A stretch of 64,000 nucleotides of DNA from a virus (taxonomy: Duplodnaviria > Caudoviricetes), in IMG/VR virus record IMGVR_UViG_3300012827_000001, positions 19,980-83,979 of that record; one strand, written 5' to 3'. Shown one piece after another: positions 34,601 to 44,454 of the stretch; the stretch's first letter is position 1, and each line of letters starts with the position of its first letter. The notes beneath the pieces are model-generated. The model was not told where the DNA came from and searched no databases. It saw only the letters and a list, made by a program, of their open reading frames with translations. The position numbers and the translations under genes are program-made.

Positions 34601-37116
34601 AGGCACGGAATGCCTCTCTCGCGGCAGACACCGCGGAGGGCATGCGCGAGGCCGCAGCCCAGGCGCGGAACGTCGCTTCCGAACTTCGCAACATGGGCAC
34701 CAGCGGGCTGCAGACTGGTGACGTCGCCGGGCTGCTGCCTGCACTCATCAATCAGTTCACCGAGCGGACGTCCATCGCTGAGGCCGACCGCCTTGCGGAC
34801 TTCAACTCGCGCCGCGCGGACGCGCTGGAGCAGGCTCAGGCATTGGCCACGGCTCCCGCCAGCCGGTTCTTCCAGGGCGACTTCTCGGCTGAGGGTCTGG
34901 CCTCTGGACTGGAGCGGATGACGGAGGCCGGGCTCTCTGCTCAGCAGCAGATCGATGCGCTCAGCGGAGTGTTCGAGGCGGTTGCCACGAACGCGTCTCT
35001 CGCTCGTGACGTTGTTGCTGTCATTGGCCCCGATCAGCGGGACTATTTCACGCAGCGAGTTGCTGTCGCGGCGTCGACAGGACTGGAGCAGGCGGGTCAG
35101 GCGACTGAAGACTGGCGCGCGGGTCAGGTATGGGCGGCGCGGACGGATCGCCTGGGAAATGTCAGCATTCCGGGCTACATCCAAGGCCTGTTTGAGGGCA
35201 AGGAGTTCGAGCGCTCGCGCAACGAGTTCAGCCTGACGACGGAGGATCAGGAGAGGCTCAATCAGTTCCTTACGGAGCGCGTTGGCGCCGACCTGCAGTC
35301 ATTCCTCGATGATGGCGTTGTCGACGACTACGAGTCGTCGCAGATTGTCTCGCGGGCGCTCGGGTCTGTGGGCGACGTTGCCGACATGTCCAAGGTTGAC
35401 CCGACGTCGAAGAAGGCGCTCGAAACCTTCATCGCGTCAAACATTCGGAACCTGCTGCGGGAGTTCTCGCCGGAGGTCATTGCGCAGGACGTCGGCGGCC
35501 TTCTGGAACTGTCGACGGGCCTCATCGATCAGGAGGCCGAGACGCGGGGGGCGCTCGGCGGATCCAAATCGGGCGTCGCCAACTATCGGCTTGGTGAGCT
35601 TCGCGCGCTGCGACAGCGGGCTGTTGCTGCTGCGAATGGGAAGGATGGCGGCCTCACTGAGCAGGATGTTGCTGAGATCCGAAAATTCGACGTTCTCATC
35701 GCCCAGGCGACTACCGCTGCTGTGGACGCTCGCCTGCAGGATGCGGAGCGTCTGGCGAACCTGCAGATTGCCCGACTCTCCCCGGGTGACGTCAGCAGCC
35801 GGCTGGCGATCCAGCGAGGGCTGGTGGAGCAGCAGCTGGCGGCGGCGGACCAGCAGATCGCGACGGCTACTCGTGCGGCAGCGGCGGAGGCTTCTTCTGG
35901 TGGCACGTGGACGCCGGTCGACACGTCTGCGCGCACGGAGGCGTTGACTGCACGCGCGAACCTGGAGCGCGAGGAGCAGGCGAACACCCTCGCGATCCGG
36001 CAGGGGCAGCGCACCACGAGTGTGGGCGCGAACAACGCCCTCGGGCAGTCGGCCGTGGCCATCGACAACGCCCGTGACGCGCTCTCGCAGGAGACAGTGG
36101 GGGAGGCGTCGTACTACTCGGCTCTCGCGTCGTATCGCCAGGCTCAGTTCTCGTACAGCCAGGCGCTGGTGCAGAACCAGAACGCTGCTGCGCTGTCTCG
36201 GGTGGACCCGCGTGACACGATCGCGCGCCTGCAGACACAGGTGGCGAACGCCCGGCGCGAGGCCCGCCTGGTGCCCGCGAACCAGCGCGGCGCCCTCATG
36301 GACCAGATCAACCAGCTCAACCAGCAGATCGCTGAGGCGGCGGTTTCGCAGGCGAACGCGGCCGATAGCGCGAACATCGCCGGCAACCGGTCCCAGCTGG
36401 CTCAGGCAGAGGTCGCGATCAGGAGCGCTCACCGAAACCTGGGGATCCAGCTTCCGGGCACGGAGGCCTACTACTCCGCGCTGGCGTCGCTGCGCTCGGC
36501 TCAGGCCGAGCTCGCCCAGGCTGAACTGACTCAGCAGGACCGGCTGCGGCGACTGGGCTCGGATCTGACGGATCCAGTGGCGCAGGCCCGCCTGGCCGTG
36601 CAGCAGGCGCGTGCTCAGCTCGCCGCCGACCAGGCGTCGGGGCAGGGCTCGGATGTCATCGCCCAGTCCCAGCTGGACCTGCGGAGCGCGCAGAACCAGG
36701 AGGAGGCTGCGGCGTTCAGCCAGCGCATCTCCGACCTGCAGACGGCGGAGGACTTGGGGCGCATCTCGCACTCGGCGTACATGTCGTATCTGCAGTCGGA
36801 GCACGATCGACTGACCGCGATTGGGGCCCGGACCCGCCAGCAGCAGGAGCAGCTGGATCAGGTCGACAAGCTGATGAAGTCCGCGGCGGAGCAGCTCCAG
36901 GGGCAGTTCAACATCGGCGACATCGATCTGCCGACCGTGTACGAGGTGCGGCGCGCCATCGGGTCGAACGCTGCGACCCAGGTGTCTGACTACTCGAACT
37001 CGAACAATGTCGTGAACGTGAACGGTGCGGATTTCGGGGCGGTCGTTCAGTGGCTCACCCAGTACCTGGGGACGGGCGCACAGGTTGTCACAGCGGCTAC
37101 CCCTAGGAGGGTGTGA
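31687..37116 (+). CDS. Tape measure protein
   Basis: 1809 aa Ala/Gln-rich helical, TTG start, follows chaperones. Confidence 0.9.
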   Translation: MAEAEDVYKVGIEYQGGAAVNSFGTDMDKVQLSVQEMLAGLGNLGVDQNLLRRNAQRAVNTLNTELNRAMASAQNHGGAQLPANLGSRFAMAAGIPERNNRQFATMASAAERYAQSIIRAATTTTNAFGQRTQMDPLRPFREGIVQADLQTGRLSRSISELQAKQVALSRVRTPLEKDVNTLSRANLQPETKQILARSWSASVAPEIARVTPPRPAPQLDSDAFRLDVARALAAPRSDAERAMGATWPRQRAQDVAGSFGFENTQQLNAFARANQDVVVAAREEVRARQAAIAALHAEQRARATVQPGRYYQGGGRTGAAWDFSLDPSAADRQNFAFGSYQANMPASLRATSQAIREGQRLALDDFSKSLPRGESVRLGSASAGRMQQAYAFGSYRENIEYSRLLRQAGADTPVLNGLVRSGDSVRLGSTRAARMEQQYNYGGYRENIAAARAARRVPFRESFMTGWGSSDEKPFGQMVGQTARISLFYGVAYRALSTLQQVLSETVTETLAYEDALTNLNLVTNRSRESSAALASTLTDIAASAGFTSSQGVELGARAVGLYGVASADAATQERAIEVSAQVATRMARVSGGDPIATQTQLAGALRSLGWGIERLPELEDTISYLSRQTGQSPAELLGAFSNVQTLASQGGFTPQQTAAILAQVATTTGQNPEATAGQFRQLFSRGADTIAPRASEITGVDMTGMDLQQIFATVSQLNLSANQLNQFASLFGKGGSQQVATILTQQYGAVQGLVTGAEGAQGFGQDAFDRVMESIGNRLRVLGSTAAEFSVNLVETGILDWFALVVVAAQNLVDIGNNVLELFNSLPRPLRAVALALGEVYAAALIAQRMGWTTAGAHAAEGLARPWTRAATRVLAAPGQIWRGLNEPMTRAGAVQLRGQIGEALRGVLAAGGPLKLPAGQVQSGVLGRVPGLGRLTGLGTLGAVGLAAAGVYGVGTAIGNTMRGDTLVQEARNASLAADTAEGMREAAAQARNVASELRNMGTSGLQTGDVAGLLPALINQFTERTSIAEADRLADFNSRRADALEQAQALATAPASRFFQGDFSAEGLASGLERMTEAGLSAQQQIDALSGVFEAVATNASLARDVVAVIGPDQRDYFTQRVAVAASTGLEQAGQATEDWRAGQVWAARTDRLGNVSIPGYIQGLFEGKEFERSRNEFSLTTEDQERLNQFLTERVGADLQSFLDDGVVDDYESSQIVSRALGSVGDVADMSKVDPTSKKALETFIASNIRNLLREFSPEVIAQDVGGLLELSTGLIDQEAETRGALGGSKSGVANYRLGELRALRQRAVAAANGKDGGLTEQDVAEIRKFDVLIAQATTAAVDARLQDAERLANLQIARLSPGDVSSRLAIQRGLVEQQLAAADQQIATATRAAAAEASSGGTWTPVDTSARTEALTARANLEREEQANTLAIRQGQRTTSVGANNALGQSAVAIDNARDALSQETVGEASYYSALASYRQAQFSYSQALVQNQNAAALSRVDPRDTIARLQTQVANARREARLVPANQRGALMDQINQLNQQIAEAAVSQANAADSANIAGNRSQLAQAEVAIRSAHRNLGIQLPGTEAYYSALASLRSAQAELAQAELTQQDRLRRLGSDLTDPVAQARLAVQQARAQLAADQASGQGSDVIAQSQLDLRSAQNQEEAAAFSQRISDLQTAEDLGRISHSAYMSYLQSEHDRLTAIGARTRQQQEQLDQVDKLMKSAAEQLQGQFNIGDIDLPTVYEVRRAIGSNAATQVSDYSNSNNVVNVNGADFGAVVQWLTQYLGTGAQVVTAATPRRV
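33306..33327. promoter_or_regulatory. Weak 22-bp palindromic site (intragenic)
   Basis: CATTGCTGC TAGC GCAGGTTTC. Confidence 0.35.
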
Positions 37117-37538
37117 TGGCGGTTCTTCGTTGGAGACTGCAGGACCCGGCCAACCCGGGGGACGAGTACACCTTCCCCATCAGCCCGAATCGTATGTCGT
37201 CTCCGTTCCCGCAGCGCCTCGTGACCACCAAGGGGACGACAGCAGTGGATGGTCAGGTTCTGTTGTGGGAGGGGGCCACAGAGCCGACGAACTGGGAGTT
37301 CGGTGGCGCCATCTTGAACGCTGCGCACTATGAGGCGTTGCGGTCTTGGGTGTACGACAAGCCTGGCCGGATGTTCTTGTGGGACCACTTCGGCCGGCGG
37401 TACGACCTGGTGTTCAAGGAGTTCAAGCCGGAGGCGGAGAGGATGAAGGTGGGCCGTTACTGGTACCACGGCTACACGATCACTGCCTTGGTGGTGTCCA
37501 TCTCTGCACCCACCATTGGCGATGGAGGCCCTGCCTGA
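37116..37538 (+). CDS. Distal tail (Dit-like) minor tail protein
   Basis: First gene after tape measure; YTFPISP, WEFGG, DHFGRRY. Confidence 0.6.
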   Translation: MAVLRWRLQDPANPGDEYTFPISPNRMSSPFPQRLVTTKGTTAVDGQVLLWEGATEPTNWEFGGAILNAAHYEALRSWVYDKPGRMFLWDHFGRRYDLVFKEFKPEAERMKVGRYWYHGYTITALVVSISAPTIGDGGPA

Positions 37539-39826
37539 TGCGTGATGACCTGCCTGACGGCATGGAGGCCATCTGGCGCTCCGGTAGCTACGTGGGCAAG
37601 AATCGCCGGGCGTTCGCGCGCGTGACCGTGCAGCACCCGCAGATGAGGTTGGAGACGTACGGGCTTCAGTCGACGTTCCGGCGCGTCCCGACCGTCTCCA
37701 CGGGCGCGGCTTCGTTCAATCCTTACCCGACGGGCATTGATCCCACCCGCGGGGAGTCGGTGACGAACCAGTACGCGGACTACTTGTTCACCTCTCCCGA
37801 GCCGCCGAAGGAGTTGCCGAACGTGGCGTCTGTCCAGTGGACAAGGTCCACGGACATCGACGCCGCAACGGCGACGATCACATTCTGGAACACGGCTCCG
37901 CTGCCGCTGGGTGAACTGCCCTTGGGCAAGGAGCTTGACCGCCCGGGTTGGTACACCGCGAACCGCGGCACCACATCGTTCTCGTCACGCTGGAACCACC
38001 TGCCGAACGAGTGGCAGAACATGCTCATGCCTGACAACATCCTTCGTACGTACGAGGGGTATGGCTATGACGAAGAGGTTCCCCCGGAGCAGGACCCCCA
38101 CCTGGTGCTGACGGGTGTCTGGATGATCGACGAGGTGCGACTGGATGCTTTTGGCCAGCTGATCTGCATCTGCCGCGACACGATGCGTCTCCTGCTGGAC
38201 CACCAGCACTTCATCCCGGTCGTTCCCGAGGACTTCTACCCGGCCACGTTCCGGGACTGGTCGCAGAAGGTGACGGTCCAGAGCAAGCGCAACATCGTCA
38301 TCGAGTCGAACAACGTGGAACGCCTCGGCGTCACCCCCACGGGTTCCGGCAACGACCGGTGGCCGGAGTCGGCGTACACGGGGGCCCGCGTGTACGGGCA
38401 CAGCCACATGCATGCTTTCGACGGCGATCCGGGGACGTACTGGCTGTCCGTGGGCAACGCGACGCCGACTTACCGCAGCTCGTACGAGTACATCGAGTTC
38501 AACGCGAACGGCGCTGCACTCAGCCAGGTGAGGCTGCAGACGGTCGGCGCGGGGTACAACGCCTACATCTGCGTGGAGGTGGATGGTGTCGGCTGGATGC
38601 CGGGCCCCATCCTCGGGTACCACCGCGACGGGCGTGGCCGCTACGACGAGGGCATGCCGTACATCCAGATGATCGGGATCGGCTCCGAGGGTGAGCATGC
38701 GTTCAACTTTGACAACCCGATCCGCGGGGTGCGTCGCGTTCGCATCTGGTTCAACAACGTCCAGCACTTCCGGCTGCCTGGCGCACCGTACCGCGCGGCC
38801 GTCCGGGAGCTGAGTGCATGGGGCCCGGTGCACCGTCGTGAGGTGCGTGAGGTCATCGACGTGAACCAGGTGAACCTCAAGGAGGGACCGGCGGGGTCCA
38901 ACCCGGGGATGTGCCAGGACTTCACGGACATCATCAAGCTGTTCTGCGCGTGGGCAGGCCTGTACTGGCCCATGTCCGCATACACGCGTCACAGCGACGG
39001 CTCGAAGGTGTTCGTCCCGCCCGGAGCGCCAGACTTTGCTGTGCTTGGCGAGGGTGTGATGGGCCGAGTGTGGGGGGACTTCCTTGCCACGGGGACGGCG
39101 CCTCCGAACGAGATCTTGGCCAGTGCATTCGACAAGAAGTCTCTGGCTGACGGCGTCCGGTATATCGCTGACATCGTCGGCTTCCTGGCGTACGTGGACG
39201 AGACGGGCGCTTTCCAGTGGCGTTTGCCGAACGTCTGGACGCTGGGTAACTGGATCGGGGGGATGTCCGCAAACCCGGGGCGCACCAATCGCATCCTGAC
39301 GATCGATGAGCGGCAGGTTCTCATGGGCCTTGACGCGACCGTGCAGTCGCGCAATGTTCGTGAGGGCGTCTTCGTTGGGAATGCTGCGGGTAAGTTGGCG
39401 GCTCTGGTTGGCGGGTACAACCCGAATCCGACGGGCTTGCGTCGCATCAGTGGCTTCACTGACCAGAACTTCTCTTCGGTCGCCGAGGCCAAGGTCATGG
39501 CAGACCTGATCGCCGTGCGCCAGCTCTTCCGTTATCGCGAAGATGTCGTGAAGATTCCCGCTTTCCCGGGCATTCAGGTCGACGATCAGGTGCGCATCTA
39601 TGAGCGAGTCACCTCTGAGGGATTTGTTCACTACGTCACCGGCATCTCGTCCAGCAACGATCTGACAACCGGGCAGTGGACGTACGATCTGCAGACGCAC
39701 TGGCTGGGTGATGACCCCAAGGGGAAGTGGGTTGTTGACAAGTCCACCCTGAACAGCACCACCATCTCCTACGTCGATGCCTTGGAGCGAGGAGCCGTCA
39801 CGGCTCGCGGAGTGACTGGGGTGTGA
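37538..39826 (+). CDS. Baseplate hub/Tal-like minor tail protein with inserted discoidin (F5/8-C)-like domain
   Basis: Position after Dit; AFDGDPGTYW motif. Confidence 0.65.
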   Translation: MRDDLPDGMEAIWRSGSYVGKNRRAFARVTVQHPQMRLETYGLQSTFRRVPTVSTGAASFNPYPTGIDPTRGESVTNQYADYLFTSPEPPKELPNVASVQWTRSTDIDAATATITFWNTAPLPLGELPLGKELDRPGWYTANRGTTSFSSRWNHLPNEWQNMLMPDNILRTYEGYGYDEEVPPEQDPHLVLTGVWMIDEVRLDAFGQLICICRDTMRLLLDHQHFIPVVPEDFYPATFRDWSQKVTVQSKRNIVIESNNVERLGVTPTGSGNDRWPESAYTGARVYGHSHMHAFDGDPGTYWLSVGNATPTYRSSYEYIEFNANGAALSQVRLQTVGAGYNAYICVEVDGVGWMPGPILGYHRDGRGRYDEGMPYIQMIGIGSEGEHAFNFDNPIRGVRRVRIWFNNVQHFRLPGAPYRAAVRELSAWGPVHRREVREVIDVNQVNLKEGPAGSNPGMCQDFTDIIKLFCAWAGLYWPMSAYTRHSDGSKVFVPPGAPDFAVLGEGVMGRVWGDFLATGTAPPNEILASAFDKKSLADGVRYIADIVGFLAYVDETGAFQWRLPNVWTLGNWIGGMSANPGRTNRILTIDERQVLMGLDATVQSRNVREGVFVGNAAGKLAALVGGYNPNPTGLRRISGFTDQNFSSVAEAKVMADLIAVRQLFRYREDVVKIPAFPGIQVDDQVRIYERVTSEGFVHYVTGISSSNDLTTGQWTYDLQTHWLGDDPKGKWVVDKSTLNSTTISYVDALERGAVTARGVTGV

Positions 39827-40281
39827 CTGGGATGGGTGGGTTCTTCGAAGTCGTGCGGGCGCAGGACGCGACCGCACAGGCGCGTGCCACCCAGGCTGAG
39901 AACTCGGCTCGTTGGGGGGTCTCCCAGCACGTCCTGGACACTCGCGGATCGACCTCTGTCAGGCGACAGCAGCCGATCATGTTCGAGACTCCGTTCTTGA
40001 GCCCGCCGTTCGTGTCGACCGGCGCCGTCATCAAGAAGGACTTCTCGCCCGAGGTGGCGTGGGTTCCGGAGACGAACGCCGGGGTGTGGCAGTGGCATCG
40101 CAACACTCGTGGCCACTACACGGGCGCGTACGTCTTCCTGATGGTCAAGACGCCGCAGGTGCAGGCTGAGATCGAGCATCACTTCACGTTCTCTGGTGTG
40201 GCCTACAAGGATCTGGGTGAGCAGGTCTCAACTGACGCCCAGCTCTTGCAGTCGCGCCCCGTCGGCTTTGGAGGCGCATGA
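39823..40281 (+). CDS. Minor tail protein
   Basis: Coupled, tail-tip region. Confidence 0.6.
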   Translation: MTGMGGFFEVVRAQDATAQARATQAENSARWGVSQHVLDTRGSTSVRRQQPIMFETPFLSPPFVSTGAVIKKDFSPEVAWVPETNAGVWQWHRNTRGHYTGAYVFLMVKTPQVQAEIEHHFTFSGVAYKDLGEQVSTDAQLLQSRPVGFGGA

Positions 40282-41474
40282 TGGCTGGCCGCACACCGAG
40301 GTTCCAGCTGAACTACTTCGACGCGGGAACGCCTGGCACACCAAACGACGATGGGCAGAAGTTCTTCGGCCTTGACCGGATGGTGCTGGATCGTCTTCTT
40401 GCCGCCGTGGAGTCCCACGATCACCGCTTCCGGCCGCCGGCGTTGGTCCCTGACGGGGCGCTGGTGCCGACGCTCAACGCCGGCGGGGGCGGCCTGCAGG
40501 GTGGCTACACGTACCACTACCGTTACGCGGTGGTGGACGCTCAGGGCAACGAGTCGATCGCCAGCCCCGAGACGGTTGTCGTGACGCCCGCCCTGCTTCC
40601 CAGGCCGCCTGCGCCGAGCGCCTACCACGACGAGGAGGCTGCGGCCGGCTCACTGTCCGCGGGCCTCTACTACTACGCGCTGACGGCCATCCGTGGCTCT
40701 GAGGAGACCCCGCTCGGCCCGACGGTGATGGTTCAGCTTGTCGGGGCAGAGGATTCCGTCACGCTGGATCTCCCGCCGTTCGGCGATGCGGATTCGGTCC
40801 GTGTGTGGCGCATGGGTTCGACTGAGCCGGGCTACACCAAGCTCGGCGTTGTCGCGAGCGACGTCGAGACGTTCTTCGACGACGGGAGCACTCCGGCCGA
40901 CCCGTGCTCGTGCGATCCGGGCAACATGCCGCCGTCCAGCAACACGGGGATCTCTGCATACTCGGTGGACCTGGAGCTCCCCGGCGGCGTCGACCTGTCG
41001 GACTCTCAGGGGTGGCGGCTGTACCGCAGCATGACACCGGGGGTGTACCCGTCTGCTTCGCTGGTCCACTTCGTCGTGGAGCGCGAGGAGGAGTGGGACG
41101 ACGACTCACCACTGCTGCGCACCTGGACTGACATCGGCGGGTCGCTCGCCTCCGGCAAGCCCCTGACCACGGACGTCAACATGCGGTTCCAGCCGCTTGC
41201 GTTCGACACGGTTGGGGAGCTCCCGGATCCGGCCCCGTACCCGAGCGGGTATCCGATTGTCGCGGACGGGACGATGTATGTCCGGGTAGATGGGCAGTGG
41301 GAGGCCCTGGCTGGCGGCGGCGGTGGTGGCGGCATGAGCAGCGTCTTCACCTCGCCCAGTGGGTACCGGTTCATCTTGTCTGTTGACGACATGGGTGCCT
41401 TGGTGACGACACCGACCGACTTCCCTGGGCCGCCTCCGCAGCCCACGTCCTTTGGCCTGGATGGAGGCGAGTGA
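40278..41474 (+). CDS. Minor tail protein with fibronectin-III-like segments
   Basis: YHYRYAVVDAQGNESIASP, LYYYALTA. Confidence 0.6.
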   Translation: MMAGRTPRFQLNYFDAGTPGTPNDDGQKFFGLDRMVLDRLLAAVESHDHRFRPPALVPDGALVPTLNAGGGGLQGGYTYHYRYAVVDAQGNESIASPETVVVTPALLPRPPAPSAYHDEEAAAGSLSAGLYYYALTAIRGSEETPLGPTVMVQLVGAEDSVTLDLPPFGDADSVRVWRMGSTEPGYTKLGVVASDVETFFDDGSTPADPCSCDPGNMPPSSNTGISAYSVDLELPGGVDLSDSQGWRLYRSMTPGVYPSASLVHFVVEREEEWDDDSPLLRTWTDIGGSLASGKPLTTDVNMRFQPLAFDTVGELPDPAPYPSGYPIVADGTMYVRVDGQWEALAGGGGGGGMSSVFTSPSGYRFILSVDDMGALVTTPTDFPGPPPQPTSFGLDGGE

Positions 41475-42460
41475 TGGCTGTCCTCTGGCGGATCTCATTT
41501 GAGGATGCGGTGACTGACGGGGGTCGCCTTGTCAGTGCCCCCATTGCGGAGTCCGGTGGCGCCGAGATGGTGGTAGAGCCGTTCGCCGATGAGGCACCGT
41601 GGAACACGACGTTCAATGTCGCACCGCTGATCTCTGAGCCCGCCCCGGGGGTGTTCGTCGCCTCCCTCAATCACGGCACCCGGTTCAGGAGCGATGTAGA
41701 CCTGAGCGTTCCCGACGTAGGTTCCATGACTGTCGTTGTCGGGTTCCCGGAGGGGTGGAACAGCGTCCCGTCAGAGTGGGACTACGATGTCCCGATCGTA
41801 GAGGTGGCCAATGCCTCGGTGAAGGCTATTAGTGACGGGGGGACGGACACTCTGGGGCTCATGACAGGCGTTCCCGACGGTTCAGGCAGGTATCACGACA
41901 CAGGTCTGCCGTACCCGGTTCCTGAGGACTCGTGGCATGTCATCACGGTCACGTGGGATGCATCGGTCAGTGAGCGCAGATGGTTCCTGGACGGTGTCGG
42001 GCTTGATCCTATGGATGATCCTTGGGAGGCCGGCTCGTACCTGAGCGAGGGCCTTGCTGAGATCTACTTCGGCTCGTACCTGAGCGAACACGAGACGTTG
42101 TCCGGGACGTCGTTCCCCGCGCTGCACTCCATCGAGATGCAGGATGTGGTTCTGTCGTCCCTGGAGGTGGAGGGCCTGCACTCCGCCATCTTGGGCGACC
42201 TCGACGACGTACCTGTTCCGACGGGGGAGAACGTTCCTGCGACGACGTTGACGTGGGAGCCTGACCTTGGTCACCACGGCCTGACCGGGTGGCGCCTGCG
42301 GCTGGCCGTGGACGGGGAGGTCGAGGAGCTGCGTCTCGCGCCGGAGGTGTCGAGCTTCGACCTGGCAGCCCACTTCGGCTCTGATGGCGTGCACGGGATC
42401 GCACACCTGTATGCGGTCAACGCCAACGGCTGGTCCACGCCAGCGGAGGCGACGTTCTGA
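41474..42460 (+). CDS. Minor tail protein, LamG/concanavalin-like plus FN3-like (receptor-binding candidate)
   Basis: WHVITVTWD...WFLDG; AVNANGWS; very acidic. Confidence 0.55.
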   Translation: MAVLWRISFEDAVTDGGRLVSAPIAESGGAEMVVEPFADEAPWNTTFNVAPLISEPAPGVFVASLNHGTRFRSDVDLSVPDVGSMTVVVGFPEGWNSVPSEWDYDVPIVEVANASVKAISDGGTDTLGLMTGVPDGSGRYHDTGLPYPVPEDSWHVITVTWDASVSERRWFLDGVGLDPMDDPWEAGSYLSEGLAEIYFGSYLSEHETLSGTSFPALHSIEMQDVVLSSLEVEGLHSAILGDLDDVPVPTGENVPATTLTWEPDLGHHGLTGWRLRLAVDGEVEELRLAPEVSSFDLAAHFGSDGVHGIAHLYAVNANGWSTPAEATF

Positions 42461-42687
42461 TGGCGGTGCACCGGCCGAAGATCATGCAGCAGGCGAACCT
42501 GCCGACGTCGTCAGACTTCGGACTGGCGTTCAAGGACGGCTTGATGTACTACCCGGATGAGTCGGAGCCGCTGCAGCCGATCACCGCATCCGCAAGTCAT
42601 TCGTTCACGCCCGGTATGTGGCAGTACGAGTTCACCGGGTCGCCGAACGCCGGCGTCGCCATCAGGGGGACTTATGGCATCTCGTGA
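42460..42687 (+). CDS. Hypothetical protein
   Basis: TGATG coupling, 75 aa. Confidence 0.55.
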   Translation: MAVHRPKIMQQANLPTSSDFGLAFKDGLMYYPDESEPLQPITASASHSFTPGMWQYEFTGSPNAGVAIRGTYGIS

Positions 42688-42704
42688 GAGGGAGTGCTGA
42701 TCTG

Positions 42705-43079
42705 ATGGCGATTCGCTTGTCGTTGCCTACGTACAACCCGTCGAAGCCGCTTCATGTGCGCGCTGAGTGCTCGGTTAGTTTCCACGGCATATACGGGGCG
42801 CCGATGTACTTCCGCGTCCAGCCTGACGAGTTCGTCGGACGCGTGCTGATTCCGTTCCATGAGAAGATGATCCCGCCGTTTGCGGTTGGCCCTGACCGGG
42901 TGTTTTTCACCGCCGAGCTGGACATTGAGGACCCGCGTACCTATGGAATGAATGGTGGCGAGGGCTGGTTCGCTCTCACGGGCAGCCATCCGTACTTCGT
43001 GTTCGTCCACGACGTGCAGGTGTACTACACCCCGAACGATCAGGATGGGCTTGGTCGCCAGGAGGGCTTCTACTCGTGA
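42705..43079 (+). CDS. Hypothetical protein
   Basis: GAGGGAG RBS, aromatic-rich 124 aa. Confidence 0.55.
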   Translation: MAIRLSLPTYNPSKPLHVRAECSVSFHGIYGAPMYFRVQPDEFVGRVLIPFHEKMIPPFAVGPDRVFFTAELDIEDPRTYGMNGGEGWFALTGSHPYFVFVHDVQVYYTPNDQDGLGRQEGFYS

Positions 43080-43735
43080 GGACTGTCCTGCTGGTTCCTC
43101 GTCGTGCCGATGGAGGCTGGCGGGACCGGGTGTGGGCACGCCTGCGTGAGGACTTCTGGCCACAGCTGGGGGTGGCCGTCGTCGAGGGGCATCACGACGA
43201 CGGCCCGTTCAACCGGGCTGCTGCGCTCAACGCCGCTGCCGGCCTAGCGGGTGAGTGGGATCTCGCGGTCGTGGCGGACGCTGACGTGGTCGTCGAGCCT
43301 GACTCAGTGCGGCGCGCGATCTCGGCGGCGGCCCAGACTGGTGGAGGCCTTGTCTTCGCTCACGACTGCTGGCTCAACCTGTCGCAGAGGGACGCCCAGG
43401 ACATCCTCGACGGTGATGATCTTCGCACCGTCCTCGCTCGTGGTGGCTTCACGAGCCGGACGCCGGTCGTCAGCGGGGTCTTCGTCGTCACCCGCGGGCT
43501 GTGGGACGCCGTCGGTGGGTTCGACGAAGCCTTTGTGGGGTACGGCGGGGAGGATCACGCGTTCTACCGGGCGTGCTCGTTGGTGCAGGCGGTCCGTCAC
43601 ATCCCTGGCGCACTGTGGCACGTCTGGCACCCGAGGCCCGATCAGGCAGGCCCGTGGGTGCCGCGCAACGTGGCGCGCATGGAGCAGTACGCGCGAGCGG
43701 AGACCTTGGTGGAGTTGTCATGGCTCCGGAGTTGA
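43076..43735 (+). CDS. Glycosyltransferase (GT-A fold, GT2/GT7-like)
   Basis: PFNRAAALN, VVADAD (DxD), GGFDEAFVGYGGED. Confidence 0.85.
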   Translation: MRTVLLVPRRADGGWRDRVWARLREDFWPQLGVAVVEGHHDDGPFNRAAALNAAAGLAGEWDLAVVADADVVVEPDSVRRAISAAAQTGGGLVFAHDCWLNLSQRDAQDILDGDDLRTVLARGGFTSRTPVVSGVFVVTRGLWDAVGGFDEAFVGYGGEDHAFYRACSLVQAVRHIPGALWHVWHPRPDQAGPWVPRNVARMEQYARAETLVELSWLRS

Positions 43736-43971
43736 CGCGACTCCCTGACGGGTGGCTGGTCAAGGTCGTTGACGGCTGGCAGCTCCAGGTGCGACGTCGC
43801 CGGTTGTACCGGCTTGTCGAGGTGCCGGAGGCGAACCTCATGGATCAGGGTCGCTTCTGGTGCTACACCTCGTTCGAGGCGGCTGTCCTTGCTGCCGCGG
43901 CGTGGGATGCATCCCCGGACACTGAGCCGGTCGGCTGGCTCAGGCGTGGAGGGGCGCGACTCTACTTGTAG
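43720..43971 (+). CDS. Hypothetical protein
   Basis: GGAG RBS, 83 aa. Confidence 0.55.
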   Translation: MAPELTRLPDGWLVKVVDGWQLQVRRRRLYRLVEVPEANLMDQGRFWCYTSFEAAVLAAAAWDASPDTEPVGWLRRGGARLYL

Positions 43972-44213
43972 GACGCGGAGGCGTACTCGATCTCCAGCGG
44001 AGCCCCTGTCTTGGCGGGGATGCGGATGGTCAGCGTCCCCGCGACGCCCTCTGTTTCGAGGGCCTGGAGTGCGATCCCCAGGTTGAACTGGCTTGCCGGC
44101 CGCACGAGTTCGGCAGCCTGAGAGTTTGCGAGCCGGGCAAAGAGCCCCTTGACGACGGCGCCTGCGCTCACGCGCTCGTTCGTCCGCTTGTCGCCACGGT
44201 TGACAGCGTCCAC
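43962..44213 (-). CDS. Hypothetical protein, divergent from early right arm
   Basis: 83 aa, GGGGG before GTG start. Confidence 0.5.
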   Translation of the reverse strand: MDAVNRGDKRTNERVSAGAVVKGLFARLANSQAAELVRPASQFNLGIALQALETEGVAGTLTIRIPAKTGAPLEIEYASASYK

Positions 44214-44342
44214 GTGTACCCCCCATCGGGTTACGGAGCCGGTCCCCCCCGGAACTCCTGTCTAGTCACCATGACGGTGCGAGTCACAAGAGTCCAGCAG
44301 CCTGTCCGGGTTCGCGATTGCTGCGCCCGCACGTGTCGCCGA

Positions 44343-44364
44343 GATTCCTGCGCTAGCAGATATC
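44343..44364. promoter_or_regulatory. 22-bp palindromic operator-like site
   Basis: GATTCCTGC GCTA GCAGATATC, just upstream of TTGCGC..TAGAGT (44373-44403) promoter-like sequence. Confidence 0.75.
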
Positions 44365-44454
44365 GCGCGATCTTGCGCTGACGTCGGAGGTGGCGCGTAG
44401 AGTCCTCGGCACAACGACATCACCGGTCCGGACAGCGGGCCAGGCATCCGCGGC

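Noticed and set aside
44316-44337. Extra 22-bp operator GATTGCTGC GCCC GCACGTGTC
   Set aside because: Right arm too degenerate to count; mentioned only as a possible weak auxiliary site.
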